64,000 bases of DNA, from the NCBI GenBank assembly GCA_964270895.1, contig OZ185440.1. One strand, 5' to 3'. Below the pieces are notes generated by a model that searched no databases, had not been told where the DNA came from, and saw nothing but the letters and a program-made list of their open reading frames with translations. Both the position numbers and the translations under genes were made by a program. This stretch comes from Podarcis filfolensis. Lineage: Eukaryota. Positions within the stretch are counted from its first letter, which is position 1; each line of letters starts with the position of its first letter. This document shows, one piece after another, positions 49,893-61,300 of this stretch.

Positions 49893-50700
49893 GAGTCTGC
49901 GAACCTGTGCTTCCTCCGCCCGAGGTGGCTGCTTCACCCTGGCCCCGACGGGAGCCGTCTTCCAACGGCAACTGGAGAGACACAGGTTCCCCACCCCTGC
50001 GAGGGGGAAGAGGCAAAATCGAGGGCTATGCGGGGCGCCGCCGCCTCTCCCCCCCTTTGGGCGGGAGGAGCAGCACTTCCGCGCCGCCGCCGCCAGGGGG
50101 CGCCCCGAGCTCGCCCCGCGGCCCCAGGAAAAAGGGAGCCGCTTCGGATCCGGCCGACGGCGCTTGGCTGCGGCGGGATCCCCGAGCCGGGGCTGGAGAA
50201 GCCGTTACCCGCGGCCTCCGGGCCCAGTCGACTGCGGGCAGCGGCGGCCGCCATGAGCGCCGCGGCGGCCTCGGAGCGGGGGGAAGCCTCGGCCTCGTCG
50301 ACGACCTTGTCCCCCTCAGCTGAGGCGGGAGGCGGCCACGGGGAGCCCCAGCTGAGGGCGGAGGAGGAGGCGGCGGAAGAAGCGGAGCACGAGGCTCGGC
50401 AGTTCGCCCTCTACCTGGCCCCTGAGGCGGGGCGAAAGGGGCGCGAGGAGGTGCGTGGGCGGTTAACGGCCGCGGCTGAGGGGTCGCCCGCGGAGGGAGG
50501 GGGGAGGGGGAAGCGTTGCTTAGCTACGGTGGTGGGAAGGACAGGTGGGCGTGGCGGCGGGGGTGGGGTTCCCGCCAAAATATTTGTGGGGGGGGGGTTG
50601 GGGTTGGATTCGTTTGTCTCTGGCGGATGTGTGAGGCGTATTGAGACTTTGAAAGCCACGCTGCGGGGGGTGACGCGTGTCTGTGGGGGGGGGGTTGTAT
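49893..50700 (+). promoter_or_regulatory. BCAS4: CpG-island promoter of BCAS4
   Basis: GC/CpG-rich block spanning exon 1. Confidence 0.8.
50253..50450 (+). CDS. BCAS4: BCAS4 (BLOC1S4/cappuccino family) coding exon 1, 66 codons
   Basis: Kozak GCCGCCATG; ...HEARQFALYLAPEAGRKGREE resembles human BCAS4 ARELALFLTPEPGAE; GAG|GTGCGT donor; phase matches exon 2; lies downstream of PARD6B as in human. Confidence 0.8.
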
Positions 50701-50824
50701 ACGTTCACACGCACATAGATAGATGCCAGGCTTCGTTTAGTATCCTATCATTTTGTTTGTGTGTGTGTGTGTACACGTGTACACGTGTACACACACATAT
50801 ATTTAGATACAAACACACACAATG

Positions 50825-51170
50825 GAATACTAAACTAACAGTAAGAGCCATTTGGGAGGGACTCCCACGAGAGGCGGTGGACTCTCCATCCTTGGAGGCT
50901 TTTATGCAGAGGCCTCTGTCACGGAGGCTTTGGCTGCGATTCCTGCATTGCAGGGGGTTGGACTAGATGACCCTGGGGCAGTGGCGTAGCGTGGGGGGTG
51001 CAGGGGGGGCCGGCCGCACCAGGCGCAACATCTGGGGGTTAGGGTTAGAGGGCGCAAATCCACGGGTTAGGGGGTGCAAATTACTTGCCTTGCCCCGGGT
51101 GCTGACAACCCACGCTACGCCACTGCCCTGGGGTCCCTTTCAACTCTACCCTTCTGCGATTCTATAATTC
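50825..51170 (+). mobile_element. CR1 3' fragment split by a hAT MITE
   Basis: GACTCTCCATCCTTGGAGGCTTTT...GGACTAGATGACCCTGGGG [insert] TCCCTTTCAACTCTAC...GATTCTAT. Confidence 0.8.
50979..51125. mobile_element. Young hAT MITE (147 bp), 17-bp perfect TIRs, 8-bp TSD
   Basis: CAGTGGCGTAGCGTGGG...CCCACGCTACGCCACTG; CCCTGGGG at 50971-50978 and 51126-51133. Confidence 0.92.
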
Positions 51171-53926
51171 TAAGCTAAGCCATAACAAAGGGAAGCAGGG
51201 GGTGGTCGTGGAGGTAGGGATCCATTCAGAGCTGAGGCACAAATTCGGCTCTTGTTTTCCTGGCAGCCAGTGCAAGTAAAGAAAATACGCAAGGTATCAT
51301 TATTTCCCTTGTCCGGCAACGGTATTCTTTTTTGTGTCTGCCAAAGACATTCTTATTTAGACAAGCCTACGCAGATATTTAGAAGGTTTGTATGAGTTTT
51401 AGTTCATTTTAATCAATTCTGGTATTAACTTTATGTATGTTTTGAATTAGGGTTGTAATATTTTAGGTGATCATTTTATTGTGCTATCTTTTTTGTAAGC
51501 TGCTTTGAGGTTTCAACAATCAAGTAGTGTATAAGATGTCATTAAATAAATAAATAAGTACTCCCACTTGATGGGACAACTTTTCCTGATTTTTTAATAA
51601 GAATCTTTATATAAAGGAATGCAGTCAACAACATTTTATATAACTGTCTTAAACCCACTCACAAACCCTGTTCCAAAGGCAGCTTCTTATAGCAGCTGTC
51701 CAGAAAGGCGGTCTTAATTCTGTAAAAGCAATTCTGTGTGGAGCCAAACTAATTAACTTGAGCTAGTTGGCTTTCTGATGGTCTGTCTTAATACATGAAT
51801 GCAACCTGGAAAATAATTGAGGAATGGTTAGTTAGCATTATCAAGCAAAGAAGTTCTGCTATACACAAACTTATTTGACACTGCTATTCTTAGAAGAGCA
51901 GATAAATAAACTGGGAGCATGTGTGATTGGTGAAGGCAGCCTTTATCTTTTTAAAATCAAACCACTTTATTATTTAAGATTTCTGTCCCACCTCCTCTAC
52001 CAAGCTGGGCTGTCTGGGTGACTGAAATTCAGAGAAAACCTCAATGCAGTAAAAAACAAACAAAAAACTACTTAGTAAAACATAATCACATTTTCTTTTT
52101 TTAAAAAAGCTAATGGTTAGCCACCTTCCCTTCAGGGTTTGTTGAAGCATAGGAAACCTAAAGAATTCCATACGCACAGACACATCTGCTTGCAGATGTC
52201 AGTTAACGTTATTTAAATTAATTTTATATCCTAAGGTTACAGCGCTGTGCCTGTTTATCTAGAAATAATACAAGAAGCTGCCTTATACAGAGTACAGTAT
52301 AAGATGTATATAGATGCCAGGAATGGAAATTTGGACCTGCATGCAAAGTATGCTGCTGTATGCACCCGAACTTGCTTCTGTGTCAGCGTGTGTATAGTTG
52401 CACTATAAAAAAAGGTTTTATTTATTTATTTAGAGTGTTTGTAACTTGCCAGAAGGCTCCCAGAGTGGCTTATATCCAGTCATTTAAAACAGGACAACCC
52501 CTGTTCTTAATAGTTTTAAAGACATGACATAAAAGGAAAAGGGACAGGGAGGAAAGATGAAAAAAGCAAACTCAGGTACCAGTTATTTAAATTAAATAGC
52601 AGGTCTTATAATGACAAGTTGGACTAGAAACAGTTCAAGAGCAGGAGGCATCTGTCAGTGGAGTTGAGAAAATACCAAAGTTGTACTCTCACAGGCAATA
52701 CACCCTGATTCCTTTCTGTGTTGGCGTTCTATCTGCTACAGTTAGAGAACTAGGTGGGGACAGACACCACAAAGAGCAGTGCCCAGGAGCTGGCAGTGCT
52801 ACCCTTGGTTTATCTGTGATATGGGGCAAGAAGAGGTAAATCAACAGTAGCAATCACTCCTTGGGGGGAGCAACTGCAGCAAATTGCTGTTGCAGATGGT
52901 GCTGCTGCTAGAGCACATCTGCACAGTATATCTGAAGGGGTTCAAACTGCAATAGGCCAGTGGCCCAGAGATGACAGAAGTTGCAGTTCAGCAGTGTCTG
53001 GGGGGCTGTAGCTTAGCCACCCCAGATCTATTAAACCATACATAAGGAATAAGAATAAGAATAAAAAGAATACAGCAAAAAAATTAGAAGGGGAAAGAGA
53101 AATCCATTAGCTTTGAAGGTCGCAAAAGATCCGGTGTTCGTTGTTTGTTTATTGTGTTTTTGTGTGTGTTCATTTGTCTTTTGTATTGCTGTAGAATAGA
53201 TATGTTAATTTGTCTGTCACCTAATAGTTATTTTTAATACATATTTTAGCAGATTCACGTTAAATAACCACATGCAGATGTCTGAAAATGTTTTGTGTGT
53301 TTAATATACTTTGACAAATACAAATCTTCAGAGTCACTAGGAGAAAGATGAATGAATGAGCTGCAGGCTCAGCGTCCCTTTCCTGTTTTTGTGATTTGCA
53401 GCAGTATTGTTGAATGTGCCCAGACTGGCCTAGGGAGAGAATAGGATGAAGGCTGTGTTGAGGTCCATGCTGCCCCCCCCCCGCCTTCTCATTGTATCTT
53501 AAGGGTTCATTCCATGGTGGCTGCAGTGCTAAGAGTAATGTAAGTTGTACAGCTGAAGCTGTGTTGGTTTACTTGTGCCTTTCAGACCCTGCTTTTTTTT
53601 TACTCTGAAGTGACCAAGTGAATCCATATCATTCCAGTACCATGGCTACTAACTACAGAGCGTACAGATCTATCTTGGTTAAAAAAGTCTAAATGCACCT
53701 TGGTTCTGCCTGAATTGAATGTGATACAAATGTTCCTTTGACCCCCTCCAGTTGGGGGAATTGCAGGGTTCGTGTGGTGCCACATATAGAGATGCTAAAG
53801 CCCTTTGTGCTACTGTTTTGGGTTTTATGTGACTGAAATGTGTCACTTGGCACAGAACTGTGCACAGTTACTAATTTTTGAATTGTGTACAATTTCCGTT
53901 CTGCCCCTGAAATGTTGTTTAATATA

Positions 53927-54148
53927 CAGTCGTACCTTGGTTTTTAAACAGCTTAGTTCTCGAAAGTTTAGGCTCCCAAACGCCGCAAACCTGGGAGTGA
54001 GTGTTCCAATTTGTGAACTATTTTTGGAAGCCGAACGTCTGACAGAAGCTTCCTGCAGCCAATCAGAAGCAGTGCTTTGGTTTCCAAATGTTTTGGAAGT
54101 TGAACGGACTTCTGGAACAGATTCCGTTTGACTCCCAAGGTATGACTG
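53927..54148. mobile_element. Tigger/pogo-like MITE
   Basis: TA|CAGTCGTACCTTGG...CCAAGGTATGACTG. Confidence 0.8.
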
Positions 54149-54568
54149 TGTGTACGTCACGTGTCTAATACTGCTCAAGGCAACGTACAGAACGATGCTA
54201 AGGATGTTAAAATATTATGTGTGCAGAGTCTCCTTAATGATTTAATAGTGTTCCTTTTTTTAATCCAACTCTCAGACAGGAAGGATACACAAAATCCTTA
54301 TGGTAAAAGTATTGAAACATGTAACTCGGCATGTTTCCATAGGAACCAATCTCATTATATGATTGGATCTCAAGATTCTCCAGGTGTGAAGCTATAGGTT
54401 TCCTGCAATGGATTTGATGTAGATTATACTCCTTGGATTTTAATCTAAAAATACCAAGGCTCCAGTTTTTCAATAAACTTTTTGCTAAAATGGAAGCTGA
54501 AAGAAACATCACATACTCCTTGCTTTTGACTTAGACATTGCTATGGGTAAAACGCTATGAACTTGCAT

Positions 54569-54757
54569 TAGGAACATAGGAAGCTGCCTCATACTGAGTC
54601 TGTTTGTTTGCCTAGCTCAATATTGTCTACACTGACTGGCAGCAGCTCTCTAGGATTTTAGGTAGGAGTCTTTTCCTGTTTTACCTGGAGATGCCGGGAT
54701 TGAAGCAGTGACCTTCCGCTTGCAATGCAGGGGGCTCTACCACTGAGCTATGGACCT
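54569..54757 (-). mobile_element. Squam2-like tRNA SINE
   Basis: TAGGAACATAGGAAGCTGCC...CTCTACCACTGAGCTA (reverse complement of head). Confidence 0.7.
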
Positions 54758-54977
54758 CAGTACTCATTTTGCTGTGGTTTAACCATTGTTTTGTTTCCTA
54801 TATGTACATTCTGGTGTTCTTTTTCATAGAATCTATAAGCACTAGAAGTAACTGACATATCATGTAGTTGAACCTCATGCTTGCAAAAATATACTTGCTC
54901 TATTTTAATGTCAGGAAGTGGTGAAATAATGTAGTAAGTACCTGTATAGGCTTTAGCAATGGTATGATAGTGTTGGT

Positions 54978-55030
54978 ATATTATATTATATTATATTATA
55001 TTATATTATATTATATTATATTATATTATT
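54978..55030. repeat. (TATAT)n microsatellite
   Basis: Visible pentamer run. Confidence 0.9.
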
Positions 55031-56444
55031 ATAATTTAGCAAACAAGCTGCTGGCACACGCTAAAACATTAATGCAACCTGCTGCTGTTGTTTTCTGATT
55101 CTCTTCTGTTTGAGATGAGTTTTTGTTTATGGGACTCAATGAGCAATGCCAAAGACAGGTGAGAACCTAAGGCCACATACCCACAGTACTTGCACATTTT
55201 GAGAACTTGCAAGATCTCCACCCCCTCCCTTTGCATTGATGACAGAATAATTTAAAATGGGTGTGGTCCCAGTTTGTGAGAGTAGTAAGTCTGTTCCTTG
55301 GTTTACAACTCTTTCTGTTTTTATTCTTCCTTGAAGTGGCATTCTGTGCTTTTCAAAAGCTTGTCACCAGTAAAAGGCAGCATAGTCTATACAGTCAGCA
55401 AGGCTGGGGCAGTGTTTTTCAACCACAACTCTGGTGTGTTGTCTCTCATCAGTTACTCTCTTCTATTCTGTGTGTTCATACTTTTGTAGCAAATAACTTC
55501 TACTTGCATTTGATCATTTCCTCCTCCCTCCCAATTCATTTTCCTTTTGTGCCATACCTTTCCAGATTGTAAGACTGGGGTTCTGTGTTTTATTCTTTTA
55601 AGCGACCTGAATGGCCACTCTGGAAGCCTTTTCTGGCTGAGGAGTGGAATAAAAATTATTTAAATAATAAAAATAGCATGATTACTAGCCAGCCGGAATT
55701 AAACAAATCTTTTCATTTGTGATAGATGGTGCATGTATTTATATTCATTCAGTAACCGAGTTCAAGAATAATTTTGAAACACGTTTTATTTATATTCTTC
55801 TAGCTTTAAATCTTCAACACCTCACCAGCAACAGATAAGACTGAATAATGCTTGGAAAAGGAGATTCTAAGAATGTGTTTGGCTGTTTGCATGTTTCAAG
55901 CAGTTTTTAAATTAAAGTTTTCCATATTTGCACAACTGTGTTGCCATGCCTCTTTTTCTGCGCCTTTGGATGCGGCAGCTACTTTGTGCTGTGTCTCACT
56001 GCATCGTAGCCATTTTATGTTTGGTATCCAGAATACATTCTCAGAAATGTGCCCATATGCCTGAGAAGGTCAGCAACCATTAAATTACAGCAGTGCGCTC
56101 TATATGCACCTTTCCTTTAAGTTGGATGGAAGCTGCAGCTGGTGCAGAATGCAGCAGCGAAGTTGTTCAAGGAGGAGTCCTTTCAACTACATGTAACACC
56201 ACTGCTGAGAGAACAGCACTGACTTGTCAATAAGCTAGCGGGCCAAGTTTAAGGTCTTTCTCTTAGCAAATAAAGCCCCAAGCAAATTGGGATCGCCAGG
56301 ATTTATATGCCTCTGTCTGGTCACTTGGATCTTTGAAATAAATGCTCTTAAGTAGTGCTGCATGCTCTTAAGTTGTGTCGCCTGCTGTTTGAAATTTGCT
56401 CCCAGTGAATAGTAGTCAGGTGCCTACAGTATTGGCGTTTAGGT

Positions 56445-56780
56445 AAAGGTAAAGGGACCCCTGACCATTAGGTCCAGTCGTGGCCGACTCTGGGGTTGCG
56501 GCACTCATCTCTCTTTATTGGCCGAGGGAGCCAGCGTACAGCTTCCGGGTCATGTGGCCAGCATGACTAAGCCGCTTCTGGCGAACCAGAGCAGCGCACG
56601 GAAACGCCGTTTACCTACCTGCCGGAGTGGTACCTATTTATCTACTTGCACTTTGACGTGCTTTCAAACTGCTAGGTTGGCAGGAGCAGGGACCAAGCAA
56701 CGGGAGCTCATGCCGTCGCGGGGATTCAAACTGCCGACCTTCTGATCGGCAAGTCCTAGGCTCTGTGGTTTAACCCACAG
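56445..56780 (-). mobile_element. Sauria SINE, slightly 5'-truncated, 11-bp TSD
   Basis: GGCGTTTAGGT at 56434-56444 and 56781-56791. Confidence 0.93.
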
Positions 56781-57506
56781 GGCGTTTAGGTGCCTACTTA
56801 AAACATATTTGTTTGCTCATGCTTTCCGTAAGTGGTGATCCAGTTAAATTGAGTTATTCTTCTGATTTATTGAGTTCTTGATGTAATCTTATTAATCATT
56901 TTATATGGTTCACTGCCCATATTGGTTTCTTTTAATGTTTGGTGATATAGAAATAATTCTATATAGAAATAATCAAAATATTTATTTGAATACTTGCACA
57001 GAGACATTATAGGAAGTACCTTCTTCAAAGAATTCCCTATGAATATTTTTTGTTTCGTTGTTTTAAGATAAAGCTATTGGTTTACTAGATGGTTGAGGTG
57101 TTATGATAGGTGTTGCCTACACATTTAAAGAAAAGCCTGCAATATCACATTGGTGGCAACGTTGTGGAACTGAAAATTTTCCCATCAAATCCCTTCAGTC
57201 TTATAATTTTTCATCCCCATACTATAACTATTGTGTTTTTATCCCAAGGGGTAATATCTCTGTGGCAAAACCGCTATATGAAATTATAAAGAGGGTTTTG
57301 ATCTTGAACAGTGGGCAACCCTAATTCACTTATTCTGTATTAAATCCTTGCACTGGTTCAACAGGTTGGTTGGATACCACCCTTAGTCCGTACTGGGGCA
57401 GAAAGTTTGCTAAACTGGTCCCAGCTTGTTTAGGGTCTGATATGTCAGCAGCAAATCTTTGAACTTGGCTCGGAAGCTATTAGGCAGTCAGTATGGATCT
57501 TAATGC

Positions 57507-57863
57507 GGGACGCGGGTGGTGCTGTGGGTTAAACCACAAAGCCTAGGACTTGCCGATCCGAAGGTCGGCGGTTCGAATCCCCACGACGGGGTGAGCTTCC
57601 GTTGCTCAGTCCCTGCGCCTGCCAACCTAGCAGTTTGAAAGCACGTCAAAGTGCAAGTAGATAAATAGGTACCGCTCCAGCGGGAAGGTAAACGGCGTTT
57701 CCGTGCGCTGCTCTGGTTTGCCAGAAGCGGCTTAGTCATGCTGGCCACTCTACCCAGAAGCTGTACGCCGGCTCCCTCAGCCAATAAAGCGAGATGAGTG
57801 CCACAACCCCAGAGTCGGTCACGACTGGACCGAATGGTCAGGGGTCCCTTTACCTTTACCTTT
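57507..57863 (+). mobile_element. Sauria SINE, full length, 13-bp TSD
   Basis: TATGGATCTTAAT at 57492-57504 and 57864-57876. Confidence 0.95.
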
Positions 57864-58221
57864 TATGGATCTTAATATGATTTTGGAACTATGGTTAACA
57901 CAGTAACCTCGGTTAGCATGAGCCATGGTTAAGGCAAGGTATCTATGCTGGCAAGAGGGCAGTTTGTGACAAAGCTACTAGCCTTGGTCAACTATGGTTA
58001 AGACTCAGGCCATATTATTTATGGGTTAAGTTGAGAAATGCTATGAAAAAATCATTAAATTAATGGTTTTCCTTTATTTTCATTACGTTTTGGTTTACTT
58101 GCCGACCCTGAGTGGGGTGGGCTATAAATCTGAGGTTGTATCCCAGGTTGTCTACACCAGTCCTAAGATGATCCAGAGGTGGGTAGAGAAAACTAGTTTT
58201 CACCAGGATTCTCTCTTTATA

Positions 58222-58475
58222 CAGGGGTACCTCTGGATACGAACGGGATCCATTCCGGAGCCCTGTTCGTATCCTGAAGCAAACGCAACCCGTGTCTGCG
58301 CATGCGCGGGTCGCAATTCGCTGCTTCTGCGCATGCATGTGATGTCATTTTGACCGTCTGCGCATGCGCGAGCAGCGAAACCCGGAAGTAACACATTCTG
58401 TTACTTCCGGGTCACCGCGGAGTGCAACCCGAAAACGCTCAACCTGAAGCAACTTCAACCCCCGAGGTATGACTG
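58222..58475. mobile_element. Tigger/pogo-like MITE, CpG-rich
   Basis: TA|CAGGGGTACCTC...GAGGTATGACTG|TA. Confidence 0.8.
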
Positions 58476-59312
58476 TATTCACTTCAAGACCGTAAGTAAC
58501 CTGTTCAATTTTTAAAGTGGTCAAACTTTTACGAGTGTGAATGATTGGCTGCTGAGACTGTTAACTCTGAAATTGTCTTCCAAACAGCAATTTTAGAGAA
58601 AATGTCGCCATTCTATAAGTATACACAGAAGTTCTAAACTTCCATCAGCACAAAAGAGAGAAGACAGATGTTGCTAGTGGCCAAACCTCCTCACTTATTT
58701 TCCTTTCCACAACATGCTATCCCAAGAGTTTCTGTTGCTTTTGCTAACTATACAATAGAAATACTTCCTTGGAAATCCCACTCTGAAAGAAGTGAACAAG
58801 TTTAAAAACTCAACTAAGATTTGTATTTGTCTAAAATTGCTCTCAAGAGTGATCGCTGTAAAATGGAGAAATAATTTGGGTTCTTTAACAGCACCGTCAA
58901 CTTAAATGTGATTTCCATTTTTAAAAATTGATCTGTTCTCAGACAGTAGACCTATGTCTCAGCAACGTACCAACTATAATTTGTGCAGACTGTCCAAGCA
59001 GGAAATACTCAAAATTTGAAGGTATCGTATGCTTGAGAATTGCCATGGGTAGTCTTGAAACTTCAGAGGCGATCCCTTTTGAAAATGTAGCCTATTTCTT
59101 GAAAAACCTTGATTTTGTGCCTGCGTGCCTGTGCGTGACACTTAATTGCTAAATGGCAAATGATTATTTTATTTGATTACCAGCGTTTATTTTTAATAGC
59201 TGAATGGCATCGCTGAACTTTATTGAAATGCAGACCGTGCTAATGTCTATTCTTGGAAGGCTCTTGCTCTTTCATAGATGCAACTTCCTTAAGATTGTTT
59301 GTTTGTTTCCAG

Positions 59313-59384
59313 GTGAAAGAAATAGAGGAGTCTATAGAAGAGATGTTAATAAGACTGGATGAGTTCTGTGGCATGACTGATCTG
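59313..59384 (+). CDS. BCAS4: BCAS4 coding exon 2 (72 nt, phase 0/0)
   Basis: TTTCCAG acceptor; VKEIEESIEEMLIRLDEFCGMTDL vs human AKEVEETIEGMLLRLEEFCSLADL; CTG|GTATGT donor. Confidence 0.9.
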
Positions 59385-59536
59385 GTATGTACTTAGCTCC
59401 ACCTCTGTAGACCTTGAACACTGTAACTGTTGTCTCTGTTTGGCTCCTGTGGAGGCCATCTTGTGAGTGTTTCAGAAGCCATGCAGGCAGCTCAGGCAAG
59501 GCAGCAGGCAGCTGTGGTGACGGGAGGGAGGGAACA

Positions 59537-59537
<1 letters not shown>

Positions 59538-59590
<53 letters not shown>
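59538..59590. repeat. (CT)n microsatellite
   Basis: Visible dinucleotide run. Confidence 0.95.
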
Positions 59591-59593
<3 letters not shown>

Positions 59594-59654
59594 CGAGGCA
59601 GCCATCTTGATTACAACCTTCCCTGAAATGGTTTTTTATTACAGCGATGGTTTA

Positions 59655-59670
59655 GCCACAAGGTGGCACT
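59655..59670 (+). promoter_or_regulatory. Candidate CTCF motif
   Basis: GCCACAAGGTGGCACT, close to the CCACNAGGTGGCAG consensus. Confidence 0.45.
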
Positions 59671-60402
59671 CTGGCGCACTAATATTTAAGGGCCTAGACT
59701 AGTGCTCTCCGCTTGTAAATTTAATGTGCTCCTTACAACACACACACGCACATCGAGGAACCTAGATCATCCCCATGCCTTTCTGGCTTTTGTTGTTTAA
59801 GCACTCTGACAGGTTCATCTCCACACACACACACACACCTATTCTGTATGTTCCCTCTTCTAGATTTCCAGAGAGGTTAAAGTCTGGTGGCATTCTGTAC
59901 AACAGGTACCCAAAGGTCATTTTGGGAAAAGTTGCTTGTTAGCACTGCTGCCCTTATTATTTGGTGGGGTTGCAAAGCGAATTTCTCAGGAGGTTCCATG
60001 CTGACCTGTCACAATGATTGGCGCCCCCCCCCCCCCCCGTTGATGGTTTAAGACTTGGGGTGGGGTGGCTGAATAATAGCTTTGATAATAATGCAGTCAT
60101 CTGGTTGCCACAAGGTGCAAACTCATTTGAGACAACAAAATAGTGATAAGCTGCAATTGATAAGAATGTTATCAGCATCTTTCCTCATCACTGCTGTATA
60201 TACAGTGCGATTGGAAATGCTTAGGAGAAGTGGAATTGCTGTATGTTGTCACAGCAGCCCAACTTGGCCCCTTTTTAGTAGGAATTAGTTAGGCAAGTGC
60301 AAATGAAGAAAATTATGACATGTCTCGAACCCACCCAAGGCAGCAGTGCTGCAGCAGCTCTTCCCAAGAAAGACATCAAATATTTTTGTAACATAATTAG
60401 TA

Positions 60403-60625
60403 CAGTGGTACCTCGGGTTACAAACACTTTGGGTTACAGACTCCACTAACCTGGAAGTAGTACCTCGGGTTAAGAACTTTACCTCAGGATGAGAACAGAA
60501 ATCGCGTGGCAGCCCGGCAGCAGCAGGAGGCCCCATTAGCTAAAGTGGTCCCTCAGGTTAAGAACGGTTTCAGGTTAAGAACAGACCTCCAGAACGAACT
60601 AAGTACTTAACCCAAGGTACCACTG
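60403..60625. mobile_element. Tigger/pogo-like MITE
   Basis: TA|CAGTGGTACCTCGGGTT...AACCCAAGGTACCACTG|TA. Confidence 0.85.
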
Positions 60626-61079
60626 TATCTGGCTTCTGCCACCTCTAAATTCCCTGTGACAGTTGCAGCTCACAAAACACTTATTTCCCACTTACCTGGA
60701 AGTAAGCCTCACTGAATTGAATGGAGGATACTTTTGAGTAATCATGGATAGGGTTGTGATACTAGTCTAAATGTTTACATAAGTTGGAAAACAGTTGTGT
60801 GATCTGAAGAAACAAAACAACTCTCCATAGGTGAGTAAATTAAAATCCTGCTGCTTTTTAAATCTGATTTTTGGTTTCCAGTGCAGTTTTGCCATTGTTT
60901 TCAACACTATCACATGCAGGCAGCATTTTTACACTGCCTTCATTTCAAAATTTTGCTTAACAGTAACAAGCAAAAACAGTAGAAGGCAACACTGACTATT
61001 GTAGCAGGAGAAAATTACAGTGGAGGTTAAAAGCCTGGGAATCTAAACAACATCTGCAGTCTTACCAGGCAAACCTCCA

Positions 61080-61300
61080 TAGGGAGAGGGCTCTGCAAGC
61101 GACTCGTCACAACTAAAAGGGCCCTCTCTCATTTGCTTCAAATGGTGGCGGCAGCACCCAGAGGAAGGCCTTTGGGGAAGATCTTAGTGTACAGGCTGGT
61201 TGATGTAGGTGAAAGCATTATCCAGGTCCCAAGCCATGTAGGGCTGCCTTTAAAGGTAAGTACCAGTGCTTGGAACTGCGCAAACCACTATGCTTGGGAC
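61080..61300 (-). mobile_element. Old L2 ORF2 fragment
   Basis: CCAAGCCATGTAGGGCTGCCTTTAAAGGTAAGTACCAGTGCTTGGAACTG resembles the young L2 minus copy at 35100-35160. Confidence 0.5.

Noticed and set aside
49853-50966. 364-aa ORF and neighbouring ORFs over the BCAS4 island
   Set aside because: The frame is real only for exon 1; beyond the donor at 50451 it runs through intronic G-runs, (GT)n and CR1 sequence
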